The notes: generated by a model from the sequence alone, not told the origin. Positions 14,081-25,585 are shown, counted from the first letter of the whole stretch. The stretch is 62,695 bases of DNA, filler included, from Squatina squatina (GCA_031763465.1; 4 parts of 4 records of this genome joined end to end with filler, not necessarily neighbours in it), one strand, 5' to 3'. Numbers and translations are program-made.

Positions 14081-15455
14081 TTACTGAACAGCAGCATCGT
14101 CACAATTGCTTATATCGAATACTGTGTCAACACCATGAAAATTTCAGAGGGGAGAACTAAATTTCTGGCACACAGATAAAATATGGCAAGATTAGGCAGC
14201 TTTATTTTTTTTTAAAAACAGAACTAACAAACAAATTAAGGTGAGTAATCACTGGCTATGTTTTCTGGTTATCCTCAAGTACCATCATTAGATGACCCAA
14301 TGACCACTTCCTTTCTGTGAAGCTCATGTGCAAGCCAAAATCTAACGGCAACCTGCTTCTAACTTCCTCTGTGGGTTTTCCTCAAACTGGGTTCTGTTTC
14401 CTCTCCATATGCTGTAATAGGAAATGATCTGAAAAGCAACTTCCTGAGCACATACTGCCTGTCCACCCATTCTTTGTTTGACAGNNNNNNNNNNNNNNNN
14501 NNNNNNNNNNNNNNNNNNNNNNNNNNNNNNNNNNNNNNNNNNNNNNNNNNNNNNNNNNNNNNNNNNNNNNNNNNNNNNNNNNNNNNNNNNNNNNNNNNNN
14601 NNNNNNNNNNNNNNNNNNNNNNNNNNNNNNNNNNNNNNNNNNNNNNNNNNNNNNNNNNNNNNNNNNNNNNNNNNNNNNNNNNNNNNNNNNNNNNNNNNNN
14701 NNNNNNNNNNNNNNNNNNNNNNNNNNNNNNNNNNNNNNNNNNNNNNNNNNNNNNNNNNNNNNNNNNNNNNNNNNNNNNNNNNNNNNNNNNNNNNNNNNNN
14801 NNNNNNNNNNNNNNNNNNNNNNNNNNNNNNNNNNNNNNNNNNNNNNNNNNNNNNNNNNNNNNNNNNNNNNNNNNNNNNNNNNNNNNNNNCTGTCACCAGC
14901 ATTTCACATTTTTAGCCATGAGTCTTCATTTGCTTTCTGCAGTAATCATATGCAATGAAGATATGCATGGACAACAGTTAAGCAGGCTGCAGATCAATTA
15001 GCAGTCTTAAGTTTATCTGATTTTTATCAAAGCAGACAGAGCAGTGGGTCGATCATCAGAGCCTGTGTCAAGTTGACCTTTTCAGAGACATCTACATTGC
15101 TTGTCCCCAGGGTAACTCTAGGTCCCATGTCAGCCTCTGAATGACAGAAGTCTGTTTCACTAAACCACAAAGTATACACAGATGTCTATATTACAATCTT
15201 AAAGGTGTGACAGCAACTGTGTATTATATCTATAAACTGTCCTTTAGTGGTGACACTTCCCCAATGATGATCTGCTAATTTATTCACCTAAATCTCTTTT
15301 GTACAGAAATAAAAGGTAATTGAGTCATTATAAACTAATTCAAGCAGAACTAAATTGGCTTATTTTATAAATCCTTCTCAAGTGGCCCCCACATACACTC
15401 ATCAATACTTATGAGCTTTGCTGCTGCCACACAAGTACATAAAATTGGGAAAAAG

Positions 15456-15555
15456 NNNNNNNNNNNNNNNNNNNNNNNNNNNNNNNNNNNNNNNNNNNNT
15501 TAATTAATTAANNNNNNNNNNNNNNNNNNNNNNNNNNNNNNNNNNNNNNNNNNNN
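15456..15555. other. Artificial scaffold-joining linker
   Basis: 44 N + TTAATTAATTAA (15500-15511, stop codons in all six frames) + 44 N. Identical at three places in the window. Confidence 0.97.
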
Positions 15556-15912
15556 GTGCATGGATAATGGTATGGCGGGTGTAGATTAATTTGTTTTCTG
15601 ATCTGGGACAAAGGTTCGGCACAACATCGTGGACCGAAGGGCCTGTTATATGCTGTATGTTCTATGTTCTATGTTCTACGTTCTAAATGTTGAGACGTGG
15701 AATGCACTTCCGGAAAGGCCGGTGGAACCACTTTCAATAATCACTTTCGAATGGGAAATGGATGTACACTTGAAGCGAAGGAATATTGCAGGGATAGGGG
15801 AAAAGTTATGAAGGGTGTGGCAGGGAATAATTGATCGCTCTTTCAAACAGCCTGCAATCGCAAGTGGGAGCGAATGATCACCTTCTGTGCAGTAAGATTC
15901 AATGATTCTCTG
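15556..15912 (+). mobile_element. Two adjacent CR1-like 3' end fragments
   Basis: First fragment: GGCACAACATCGTGGACCGAAGGGCCTGT with a (GTTCTAT)n tail to about 15685. Second: GTGGAATGCACTTCC...GGATGTACACTTGAAG (WNALP...MDVHLK, CR1 ORF2 C-terminus) and its tail. Confidence 0.75.
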
Positions 15913-16434
15913 GCCTATGGCAATGAGGCTTGTGCCCACATTGTTGGAGTTTAGAATCTTGAAGCATTCATAAAATTTCCATTCTATTATTCAGAGTTAA
16001 TCAACTGTTACAGATTAGAGCCTCTGAAGGCAGAACAAGAGGAAGCGTCAGTGCCATTTTATTGGAAGACAATTGACCTGAGGTGAAGGAGATTAAGTAA
16101 ATAACAGAAATACCTTTCGATATCTGTGTCAGTCAATGAGCTGGAGGCGGGGCGGGAATAAAGGCAGGACGTACAGAAAACAGACAACTAACATCGACAA
16201 AACCTCGCACTATTCACACACTTAATGCTGCTGGCTTTCCGGTAGAAAATACAGAAAACACTCTGCTTGTCACGAAGGTGATTGAGTCATCGGTTTGCTG
16301 GCAGATGGTTGTCTGGCAGAGACAGTCCGCAAAAAAACTGAATTTATATTATGCCCTTTTCAATCTGTTTTTTTTGGAGGGAGAAGATACAGAATACACA
16401 CTTGAATGTCTCGAAACCATTACTTTGTGGCATT

Positions 16435-16506
16435 GGGGATGTAGCTCAGTGCTGGCGCGCATGCTTCGCATTTGTGAAGTCCTGGGTTCAATCCCTGGCA
16501 TCTCCA
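16435..16506 (+). tRNA. tRNA-Ala (anticodon CGC), degenerate, probable pseudogene
   Basis: 72 nt, GGGGATGTAGCTCAGTG...CTTCGCAT...GGTTCAATCCCTGGCATCTCCA, colinear with vertebrate tRNA-Ala-CGC; anticodon at 16467-16469. The D-loop GG is altered, the D stem and anticodon stem carry mismatches, and no T4+ terminator is adjacent. Confidence 0.85.
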
Positions 16507-16659
16507 AATGATTTATAGTGAAGTTAAATTCTTGGACTCGCCTGAGCTCCACACACAAAGACAGGTCAAGTTCATTGACTCGGAGACACACAGAGAGGAT
16601 ATAATTCATTGGAGGAACGCATTTACCGACTCAATGGTTCCCCACCCATGGCTGGAAGA

Positions 16660-17082
16660 ACAGCCCCGTTATAATGGTGAAAGTTAAGGGGATATTTAAT
16701 GGAGCTGTTGAAAATTATGAGTGGTGTTGTTCAATTAGTTTTGCAGAAATTTTTATTTTAACATCAGGTGGGTCGGTAACCAAAGGATCCCAGATTCACG
16801 ATGAATGGCAGCAGAACAAGAGGAAGGGTGAGGAGTATAACATTTAATGCAGTGCTTTTTTATGATCTGGACTGCATTGCCTGACAGGGTGGTCGAATGA
16901 CATTCAATAAAAAAACATTCAATGGAGAATGGATGTAGATTTCAAACAGATAAAAAAATAATGCAGCGATTTGGGAAAACTCTGCGTGGTCATTGCAGAG
17001 AATAATCCGGAGGGTCAGAGACTCACTGTTCTCTTTCAGAGAGCCCGCCTCCTTCTGTCCTGCATGTTTCTATGATTCTCTG
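16660..17082 (+). mobile_element. Degraded CR1-like 3' fragment
   Basis: Resembles the CR1 ORF2 end and tail (AAGTTAAGGGGATATTTAAT...CTGGACTGCATTGCCTGACAGGGTGGT...TTCTATGATTCT); homologous to 15700-15912. Confidence 0.6.
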
Positions 17083-17184
17083 ACGTATGATGCACAAGAT
17101 CTTGGAGGTTATTTATTGATGCATTTATAAAATTTCAATATGATTATTAAGAGTTAATCTACAGTTAAGGATTAGAGAATAAGA

Positions 17185-18355
17185 CACAAAGAAGCACGAA
17201 CAGGGGTAGGCCATTCGGCCCCTCTAGCCTGCTCTGCCATCTAATTGGATCATGGCTGGACCGACATTCCTCAAGTAAACTTTCCTGCACTTTCGCTATA
17301 ACCCTGAATCTCCTCACTGATAATAATTCTCTCTCTCCCAGCCTTAAATATAAATAAGGATTCAGCCTCGACAGCTCGCTGTGGGCAGGAGATTCAAAGA
17401 CTCACAATCTCTGGTATATTCCCTCTTGTCCTACCCGCTCCCATAAGCGGAATCACCCTCTCAGCATTTATCCTCTCCTGTACACGAGGAATCTTACTTG
17501 TTTCAATAATATCGCCTCTCATTATTCAAAACTCAGTGAGTAGAGTCCCATTCTGTTTATCTTTTCCTCATAAGTCAATCACTTCATACCCGGGATCATC
17601 CGAGTGAACCTTCTCTGAAACGACTCCAATGAATTCATATATTTCCTTAGTAGGGGGACCACAGCTGTTCACAGTACTCTGGATGCGGGCTCACTCGTGT
17701 CTTGTACAGTTGCAGTAGGAAGTCCCTACATTTTATACTCAAACCTCCTTGAAATAATTGCCAAAATTCCATTCGCCTTCCCTATTACCAGCTGCACTTG
17801 TGTGCCAGCTTTCTTTGTTTCGTGCATGAGAACACCCAAATCCCTTTGGGTTCCAGCTTTCTGCTGTTTTCTTCTGCTTAAATAATGCCCTGTTTTTTGT
17901 TCTTGTTTCCAAAATGAACAACGTCACATTGTCCCACATTGTTCTACATTTGCCAATTTTTTTTTGTGTTGTCTCCAATTTTGGCCCCTGCACATTCGCT
18001 TCCTTGCTCCACGTCATTAATATATATTGTAAACCGTTCTGGTCCCAGCCCTGATTGCTGTGTCATCTCACTGGTTACATGTTGCCAAAGCGAGAATTCC
18101 CCCTTATCCCTACTCGCTGCTTCCTGCCTGTGAGCCATTCCTTTATCCATGCCAATATATTCCCTCTAACACCACAGGCTCTTTCCTTGATACTTAACTT
18201 TTTCTGCAGCGCCTTGTCGAACGCCACTTCCAAGTGAAAATACAATATATCTATCAGTTCCATTCTATCTACTCTGTTTGAGAGTCCCTCAAAAACTCAA
18301 AAAAATCTCTGATAAATTTGTCAGTCACGATTTCCCTTTCATGAAGCCATGCTGT
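17185..18355 (-). mobile_element. CR1-like LINE fragment (RT domain to 3' tail), decayed
   Basis: Minus-strand translations include QHGFMKGKS, AFDKALQKKLSIKERACGVRGNILAWIKEWLTGRKQRVGI and LGPERFTIYINDV. The 3' tail GGCCGAATGGCCTACCCCTG lies at about 17200-17220. Confidence 0.9.
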
Positions 18356-18723
18356 GGAGATTATGATTTTCCAAATGATTCGGCCCTTAAATGCAGAGCT
18401 TGAATTACTGGTTTGCTCGCAGGCTTGAGGTTAATCAATCAATCTCTGCCACTTCTGCGAGGAAGGCTCAGTCCCCACTTTATAGAAGGAAACGTGACCG
18501 GTGCATAACGGGATCAATCAGTAACCAAAGTACCTCTAGATGTCTGTTTCAGTCAATGAACTGAGGCAAGGCGGGAGTAAAGGCAAGACGTGGAGCCAGT
18601 TTCTAGAGTTAATCCTAAGGCAACTTGCTGGTAATTGCTCTCGTCAAATTAGAGTGATATTAATAAGATTAAGTTTCTTGGGGTACGTTCAGTGACAAGG
18701 CTAGGGCTAACTCAGAATCTCAG

Positions 18724-18724
<1 letters not shown>

Positions 18725-18779
<55 letters not shown>

Positions 18780-18790
18780 TCTCTCTCTTT
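18725..18790. repeat. (CT)n microsatellite
   Basis: About 50 nt of uninterrupted CT repeats plus a degenerate tail. Confidence 0.95.
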
Positions 18791-18953
18791 CAATCACTCT
18801 TCAAATTCACCAACATAATTCAGTAATTTTGATCTGAAGTATTCTGTCCGTCTCCCCTTTGCATCTTTCACTTATGAGACTTTATCTCCTTCCAACCTGT
18901 TCTCTGTAGTACTGTCCCATTAAACATCATGGCCCCTTCTGTTACTTATTTAC

Positions 18954-19303
18954 ATATTGAAGCCTTCAGCTGAGACTCTCAGTGTTAACGAACTTTGGAA
19001 GGAGCTTCACATCAAAATCGATGGCTCCCATGGATTCATACATCCTCGATGAGAAGGATATGACAATGGTTTCGTTGCTAAATTTTTGCAGTGCCTTTGT
19101 CAGTGAGTGGAATGCATCCCACTTCTGGATGGTGTCTGATCCCAGGGTGATGTCATCCTCTGCAGGAAAAAGACCATGGTCCTCAAACCTCGAGACAACA
19201 GAGACTTTTCAACAATGTATAATTTCACTGAGGATGTTGCATACTACATTGTACTCTATTTGGTCCATGAGCGATTTTTGGTCTTTCACCATTACATTTC
19301 TAC
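18954..19303 (-). pseudogene. Putative pseudo-exon, possibly CARD/death-fold-like
   Basis: Acceptor TTTATTTTGGCAG (AG at 19305-19304) is followed by about 115 codons broken only by two TGA: GRNVMVKDQKSLMDQIEYNVVCNILSEIIHC*KVSVVSRFEDHGLFPAEDDITLGSDTIQKWDAFHSLTKALQKFSNETIVISFSSRMYESMGAIDFDVKLLPKFVNTESLS*RLQY. A possible donor GTAAAT is at 18953. The CARD resemblance is judged by eye only. Confidence 0.4.
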
Positions 19304-20639
19304 CTGCCAAAATAAATTTAAGTTCTAATGACGTATGTCCATTTGGTGCATCCCCAAGGCAGCAATGTGGAAATGGTAAATGCCAACAAAAGAGACTCTG
19401 GCTCAATGCAAACTAACACAGCAAATGAAGTCAATTATAGGGAGGAATTATTGAAGTATCACATTACTGAAATATAACTAAATCGGAGGTAATGCAGAAA
19501 GGTAGATCACCTATAATATGGGACATCATTTATATTACTGGATTAGTAATCACGATCTTTTGACAACAAATCCTGGAATCTCAATTGTAAATCCACCCAG
19601 GGCAGTTTGAGAATTTAAATTCATTTCAATAATGTGAAAATAAGAAGCTGGCATCAGGATAAGGGTAGATCCTGACACACTGCCTTCAGTTTAACCCAGG
19701 TTAATGCGAATTTGTCGCCCGTTTACCATCGCTTACCTGGTCAATTTCCATTTCTTGACTTGCTGCTACCCGTTCTGAGCTGCCGCACAAATCACCATCT
19801 GACCTCAACTGACCATGAAGCTATCAGACTGAGGTAAAAACTGCTTTACTAATGTACTTTAGGGAATGAAACCAGCCATCCTGAATCCGATTTGACTGTT
19901 CGGGAATCGAGCCTCACTGCAAAATGAATGATTCTTAAACTCCCTCTGAAGCTATATGTTAACTGTATCACAGCGAGTGGCGACGAACTGTCAATGGTGA
20001 GGATCTCAGAAGAAAAGTGAACTGAAGCAGTGATCAGCCATATATATAACTAAGAGGTTTACACACGTCAATGATCAGGTCTACCATGTTGCATATGACG
20101 ATATAGCGATGCTGCAGTATTGTCGTCCACAGCTATCCCTTAGAAACGCAAAGTTCTATTGCATGGACCCTTTTGCACATGCAGCAGGTTGGCAAGAATC
20201 CCCACAATTCTGGAGCCCTACACCAGTTCACGCACATTCTTCCTAGAATGAAAAATCACCTGCTCTTTCTCATTGCACCAGCAGAGAAAGAGGCCCTGAA
20301 ATAGCATATCACATTAATATTAGAATTAGTTCCCCTACAATAATTAACAGCATTAATCAAACCTGCACACGTTACGTGGGAAGGTCCAAACATAGCAAGT
20401 AGTTCCATTGCATTGCCAAATCCAATAACTGGATCCAATTAGGAGACAAAATTAGGAAAATCGTGTCAAGGAACAAGGAGTCCCAATATATGTCTCCGTA
20501 CGGGTAGAGAAAGAGCTGTGAACCCAGTAAATTGCGTTATGGAGAGTAGTAACCAAGCTGATTGGTAACATGAGACCAAGTACGTGATTCCAAGGAGCAT
20601 GCACCAATTAGTGCATCGTGGTAGCGAGGGTAAACCTGC

Positions 20640-20935
20640 GCTCCTCTAAGGCTTCCTCGATTTTACACGCTCCACCATTGACAACATACCTTCAGCCTAA
20701 AGTTCGATGCTCGGAATTCCCTCACTAAATCGTTCCCCCTCGCTGCCTCTCTTTCCTGCTGTAAAACTCTCCGAAACAATTCCTTCATTGAGCAAGCTTC
20801 TGTTTATCTGTCTTAATATCTCCTATGTGGCTCGTTATCAAATCTTGTTTTATAATGCTGAGGTGAAGCATCATGGAATGTTTTACTCGGTTAAAAGTGC
20901 GATATTAAAACAAGGTTTTTTTCATTGTTGTTGTT
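20640..20935 (+). mobile_element. L2-like LINE 3' end
   Basis: CGCTCCACCATTG...CCTTCAGC...GGAATTCCCTC...GTGAAGCATCATGGAATGTTTTACTCGGTTAAAAGTGCGATATTAAAACAAG followed by a (TTG)n tail; same tail type as 55338-55400. Confidence 0.7.
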
Positions 20936-21299
20936 TTTTTGTTGTTGTTTTTGTATCCATTGAGTACAATCTGCCCTGGAACTTATAAACCAGATTTAGA
21001 CTGATTCTGGAACGAATGAGGAGCAATAAAAATTTAAAATACTCAACTGGTATATAATTCATGTAACTGATAGTAAAAGAGATTTGTCTGTGGTAGATTA
21101 TTTAACTGCCTTTGGCCCATATCCCTGAAAAACTTGAGATTACAAAAATCTCTCAACCTCCGACTTAAAATTAACAATTGATGGAGCAGTGGATTTTCAC
21201 CATTGATGTTTCTCAGACTGAGACGGAGAGATTTTTTGGATATTACGTGACTGACGTGATATGTGGCTAAAGCGAGAAGGTGGATTTGAGGGAGTAAAT

Positions 21300-22950
21300 C
21301 AGCCATGAACTTATTGAATGGTGGAGCAGGCTCGAGGGCCCTATGGCCAATTGCTGCTACTATTTCCGATCTTATGTTCTGAACGTAGCCGACGGAGTTG
21401 AGAACTGCGGCTCCTGTGGCTTTGGCAATTAAATAAACATCACAATACGAAGCAGCATCAACTCTCATATGTTTTTCTGGACGATGTGTAATTTCCTTAC
21501 TGCATTGTAACATACATATTACGGAAGCTTAAGTATGAGTTCACGGTTTCAAGAGAAATCAGCAATTCAGTGTTTCTGCTGCAGCCTATGCATCTCGTGA
21601 AGCCGGGATCTAATATTGGGGTGAAGTATGTGTTTTCATTCTGTTCATTTTGCATTGTGATTGGAACATTGTTTGAAGGGAGCCATGGGGCCTTTACCTC
21701 GGCACAAGAGACGAAAGGCAGCAGTTGAAATTAATTTAAAATGGATCACTGTGTACGAAACAATCATACACATAGTTGGCATGGTTTGAATCTGCACGGG
21801 GTGATGTAAACAGTTTATTAGCCCGGAAATTAAAACCCTCAGCAACGGCTGCCAATACAATCAGTCCATCCCACACAACTTCCCATTTGCTGGAAAATCA
21901 GTGCCTCTGGTTTCAAAACATTTTTGGGTCATTCACTCGGGATCCTGTGGAATAATTCAACTTAAAAATTCCACGCTGGTTTTCTCTGTGGCGCAATGAG
22001 AATTAATTTGCCTCAACACTATATTTTCTGCTGCCTGTCAACCCTGCTAAACATTGTTTTCTGTGGAAGGAGCAATCAACACATTGTATTGAGGAAGAAC
22101 AAATAAATTCTTTCAGGGCTTGAGAGGGTGGAATCTCCGAGGCGTCCCCTGTGTGTGGAGTCCAGAACTGGGCTTCACAATCTCAGATATGTTGGCTGGT
22201 TATGTAGGATTGAAAGGAGAGTAATTTTCTTCATTTGGAAGTTTATGAATGGTTCAAATTATCTACGCCAGAGCGCTGTGGATGTTCAGTCATTGAATAT
22301 GTTCAAGACCGATGATCGATACATTTGTGACTATTAAATTAATCAAGTGATATGGATGGAATGTTGAGTTGATGTAGAGGACCAAGTGGGATCTTCTGCA
22401 ATGGCAGAGCAGGCTCGCAGGCCGCATGGCCAACTCCTGCCAAAATCTAATCATCACATATTATTGATCTTGGACGGTGGGGTTGAGAACTGTGGCTCCA
22501 ATCGCTCAGTTCATCAAATAAACATCACTGTAGGATGCAGCACAAACTGTAATATGCCTTTGTGGCGGTTGTCTGTTGTCATTGCTGGTTTGTAAAATGC
22601 ATATTTTCAGTGGTTAAAATTGAGGTTACGGTTTCAAGATCATTAAACAATCTGGATTGTCTCCTGTGGCCAGGGGCCTCGTGATTCCGTGGTCTAATAT
22701 TGTATTGAACTGCTCGCTTTCGATCTCTTTGTTTTACATTGTGCTCGGAACATTGTTTAAACATCGACATGTGACCTGTGTCTCAGTGCAGGAACAGAAA
22801 GATAGGTGTTAAAATAATTTTAAAATGTATCGTGAGGATGACACAGTAGTCGGCAGTGTTCAAGCCCTCATCTGTCGGTGCCTCTGATTTGAAAACTTGG
22901 GCATCAGTCACTTGAGATCCTATGGAATAATTGAATTTACAAATCTCACA
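21300..22950 (+). repeat. Old diverged tandem duplication (copy 1 about 21300-21975, copy 2 about 22385-22950)
   Basis: Colinear anchors: GAGCAGGCTCG (21324/22407), GTTGAGAACTG.GGCTCC, AAATAAACATCAC, ACGGTTTCAAGA (21543/22628), GGAACATTGTTT and GTGCCTCTG (21901/22878). Confidence 0.8.
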
Positions 22951-23949
22951 AATACATTATCTGCAGCACTGCCTTGATCAACATTCTCTGTAACCTTATC
23001 CTGAATTCAACTAAATTCGTCAAGGACAAGTTTTCTTCAATAACTCTTTGGTGCATCTCCTTGAGTAACCCATGCTTTAAAATTGAAATTTTCTAATGTA
23101 CCTGATTGTAGTTTGCAATAACTTCCCCACCACCATGCAAGCCGGAAGGCCTGCAGTTTTCCGGTGTGACCACTGCATGTTCGTGATACTGATAATATTT
23201 GCAAAACTCCAGTCGTCCAGCGCTGCTCCTGTATCTACTGAGGATGAGGAATGTGACCAACGCCTGTGGCATTTTCATCTTTGCTTCTTTCAGCAGCCCA
23301 TAATGTGTTCCATTCGGTGCAGGGGACTGAGCACATTACATGCATGCTAATCTTTTTAGTACATCTTCTCTATCTATTACTATCGTGCCCATTACTTTAC
23401 TCTGCTCTTTTTGATAACCTTCACATCATTAACTTCCATATGGAAGATAGAAGCAAAGTATTCCTTTTATGCTTTAGCCATGTCTTTTGCGTCTGCAAGA
23501 TGATTGTCCTTGGCTACTCAACATGCTTTAATTTTTACCTAGCTAATAATTTACAGTCCACAACGACACCTTTTTAATATTAAACATAATTTTGCAACCA
23601 GTTATTTTCTGGTAACTCCTATTTGGTTTCCGTATTAAATACTTCATTTCCCTCCTGTATTTTCCATAATATTCCTGCAAATTAATTTATTGTGATTGCT
23701 GTTATTTCTCATGAGTTTCCCTTTCTGTTTTCTTTCTGTGCGAGGCTGGGTGTTGTACAGTTCCCTGAATTTAGAGTGCAGGGCCTGATCTCCACAAACC
23801 CGAAATCCTTGTAGTGGTGTGCTGTGAATCTACAGGTCTGTATCTTGACGCGACAGTGCCCATGCTGAACATATCTGATCCCTTACAATGGAGTGCTGGA
23901 TGTTGTACATTCATACATCCTTATAATAGAGTTTTCCGGAATTAGGGTT

Positions 23950-24122
23950 ACTCGATTCAAGAAGGATTTAGATATAGTTCTTAAGGCTAAAGGGACAGGG
24001 GATATGGGGAGAAAGCAGGGACTGGGTACAGAATTTGGATGATCAGCAATGATCTCATTGAATGGCGGAGCAAGCTCGAAGGGCCCAATAGCCTACTCCT
24101 GCTCCTAGCTTCTATGTTTCTA
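23950..24122 (+). mobile_element. CR1/HER1-like 3' end
   Basis: GATCAGCAATGATCTCATTGAATGGCGGAGCAAGCTCGAAGGGCCCAATAGCCTACTCCTGCTCCTAGTTCTATGTTTCT. Confidence 0.85.
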
Positions 24123-24589
24123 CAGTACCGGGTTTGTACAGGCCATTCCAATGGAATGCTGCATGTTGCATGTCCGACAATGGAGTGCTTTCGATGTGCA
24201 GGTCTGTGTAATTACTCTGCAGTGCTGGGGCTGCACATGTCTGTGCCTTTCATTGCACGACTGAGTGTTACACTGAACTGTTCAAGTGTATGGAAGCTGG
24301 ACGATGGGACGTTAGCCAGATACATTGGTAAATGGATGAGCATTTCGCTACTTGATTGGCTGAGGCAAGCGTTGCAGCGAGGATGCTACTGAGATGAACC
24401 TCGGCAAGCATTGCCATGGAGTATCCAATGGGAAAGAAGCACAAATTCTGAGTAACCATTCTGCTGAAGTTCATTCTGAGCACATAGCCAAGGTGCGGAT
24501 TGAACCTGGTGGTCAGAATGCAAACTTTGTTATCGGAATAAAAATGGTGGCTTCCTCCGTGTGAAAACTTCCTTCGAGAAATTTGTGTT

Positions 24590-24960
24590 GCACACAAAAC
24601 TGCATTTTGGCGAATAGTCTGACAACACTGCGACAGTGTGGTGAGGGGGCGAGGTCCAGAGAGATAGAATTTAATGTGTGTGCAAGAATAGGGAGACCTC
24701 TGAGAATTTGAGATAAGTCTATGAATTTTGGCAGGACAGGGCAACAAAGCCATTGCAAAGCAAAGGGACTTCTGAGCTTTAATAATAGATGCCAGGAACT
24801 TATGCTAATATATTATGAAACACTGCGTCTCGCCCAGCCTGGAGTGTGGTGCCCAATTCTGCGCAGCACAATTCAGAACGATGTGAAAAAAGTTGGAGAT
24901 CCTGCAGAAGAGATGAATTATACGTTTCCAGAATGAGGTATTTCAATTACATGGAGAAAT
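24590..24960 (+). mobile_element. Degraded CR1 ORF2 fragment
   Basis: Translates as ...ELMLIYYETLRLAQPGVWCPILRSTIQNDVKK..., a decayed version of the CR1 LYKTLVRPQLEYCVQFWSP region. Confidence 0.6.
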
Positions 24961-24974
24961 TGTGAATATGCATT

Positions 24975-25585
24975 TTTATTTGTTCATGGAATGAGGGTGT
25001 CGCTGGAACGACACACATTCATTTTCCATTTCTAACTGCCCTTGTGAAGATGGAGGCCTGGCACCTTCTTGAACTGCAGCAATCGGTGTGCTGAAGGTGC
25101 TCCATCATTGCGGACAGGGAGAATGTGTCAGGATTTTGACTCTGCGACGATGGAGCAACACAATATATTTCGACATCATTTTGGTGTGCAAATCAGAGGA
25201 GAATTTTCAGTTGATGTCTTATATATGTGCCTACTGCCCTTGTACATCTGGCAACAAGAGCTCGTCTGTGAGGCAGTTTCTGGTGACGAAGCCTTTGCGA
25301 GTTGTTCTCGTGCATCTTGTACATGGAACACTCTGCAGACAAAGGGCACTGGTGATGGTGGGTGTAAATGGCTAATGTGTTGGATGGGCCAGTCTGTTCA
25401 GCTGCATTGACCTGGATATTGTCGAGTGCCTTAATAGTTCTCTGAGCTGCACCTGTCCAGGTAATTGGAGATTATGTCATTAAAATCCTGGCTTGTGTCT
25501 TGTAAATGGTTGAAGCCTTTGGTGATTCAGGACGGGAGATACTCGGCACAGAATATGCAGCTTCTGACCTGCACTGACAAATCTG
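24975..25585 (-). mobile_element. Degraded LINE fragment of a common shark family, antisense
   Basis: TTTGTTCATGGAATGAGGGTGTCGCTGG...CTAACTGCCCTTGTGAAGATGG...CTTCTTGAACTGCAGC resembles a widespread elasmobranch LINE-derived repeat that I recall. The family is not certain. Confidence 0.5.

Noticed and set aside
14342-15001. Long ORFs spanning N runs (also near 7400 and 49400)
   Set aside because: Their length is an artefact of N codons lacking stops.
15500-15511. TTAATTAATTAA as a biological motif (PacI site, homeodomain site or transposon target)
   Set aside because: It sits centred in N runs identically three times, so it is an assembly linker.
18966-19211. In-frame TGAs as selenocysteine codons
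   Set aside because: No selenoprotein-like motif and no recognisable SECIS. CpG decay of CGA codons is a simpler explanation.
18982-19416. 144-aa plus-strand ORF
   Set aside because: Ser/Met/Phe-rich composition typical of an antisense shadow. The minus strand has the splice acceptor and the more protein-like sequence.
20420-20610. Cluster of CCAAT/ATTGG boxes as a promoter for the minus-strand pseudo-exon
   Set aside because: The candidate donors at about 20259 and 19736 do not give the phase needed to join the 19303 acceptor, and nothing else supports it.
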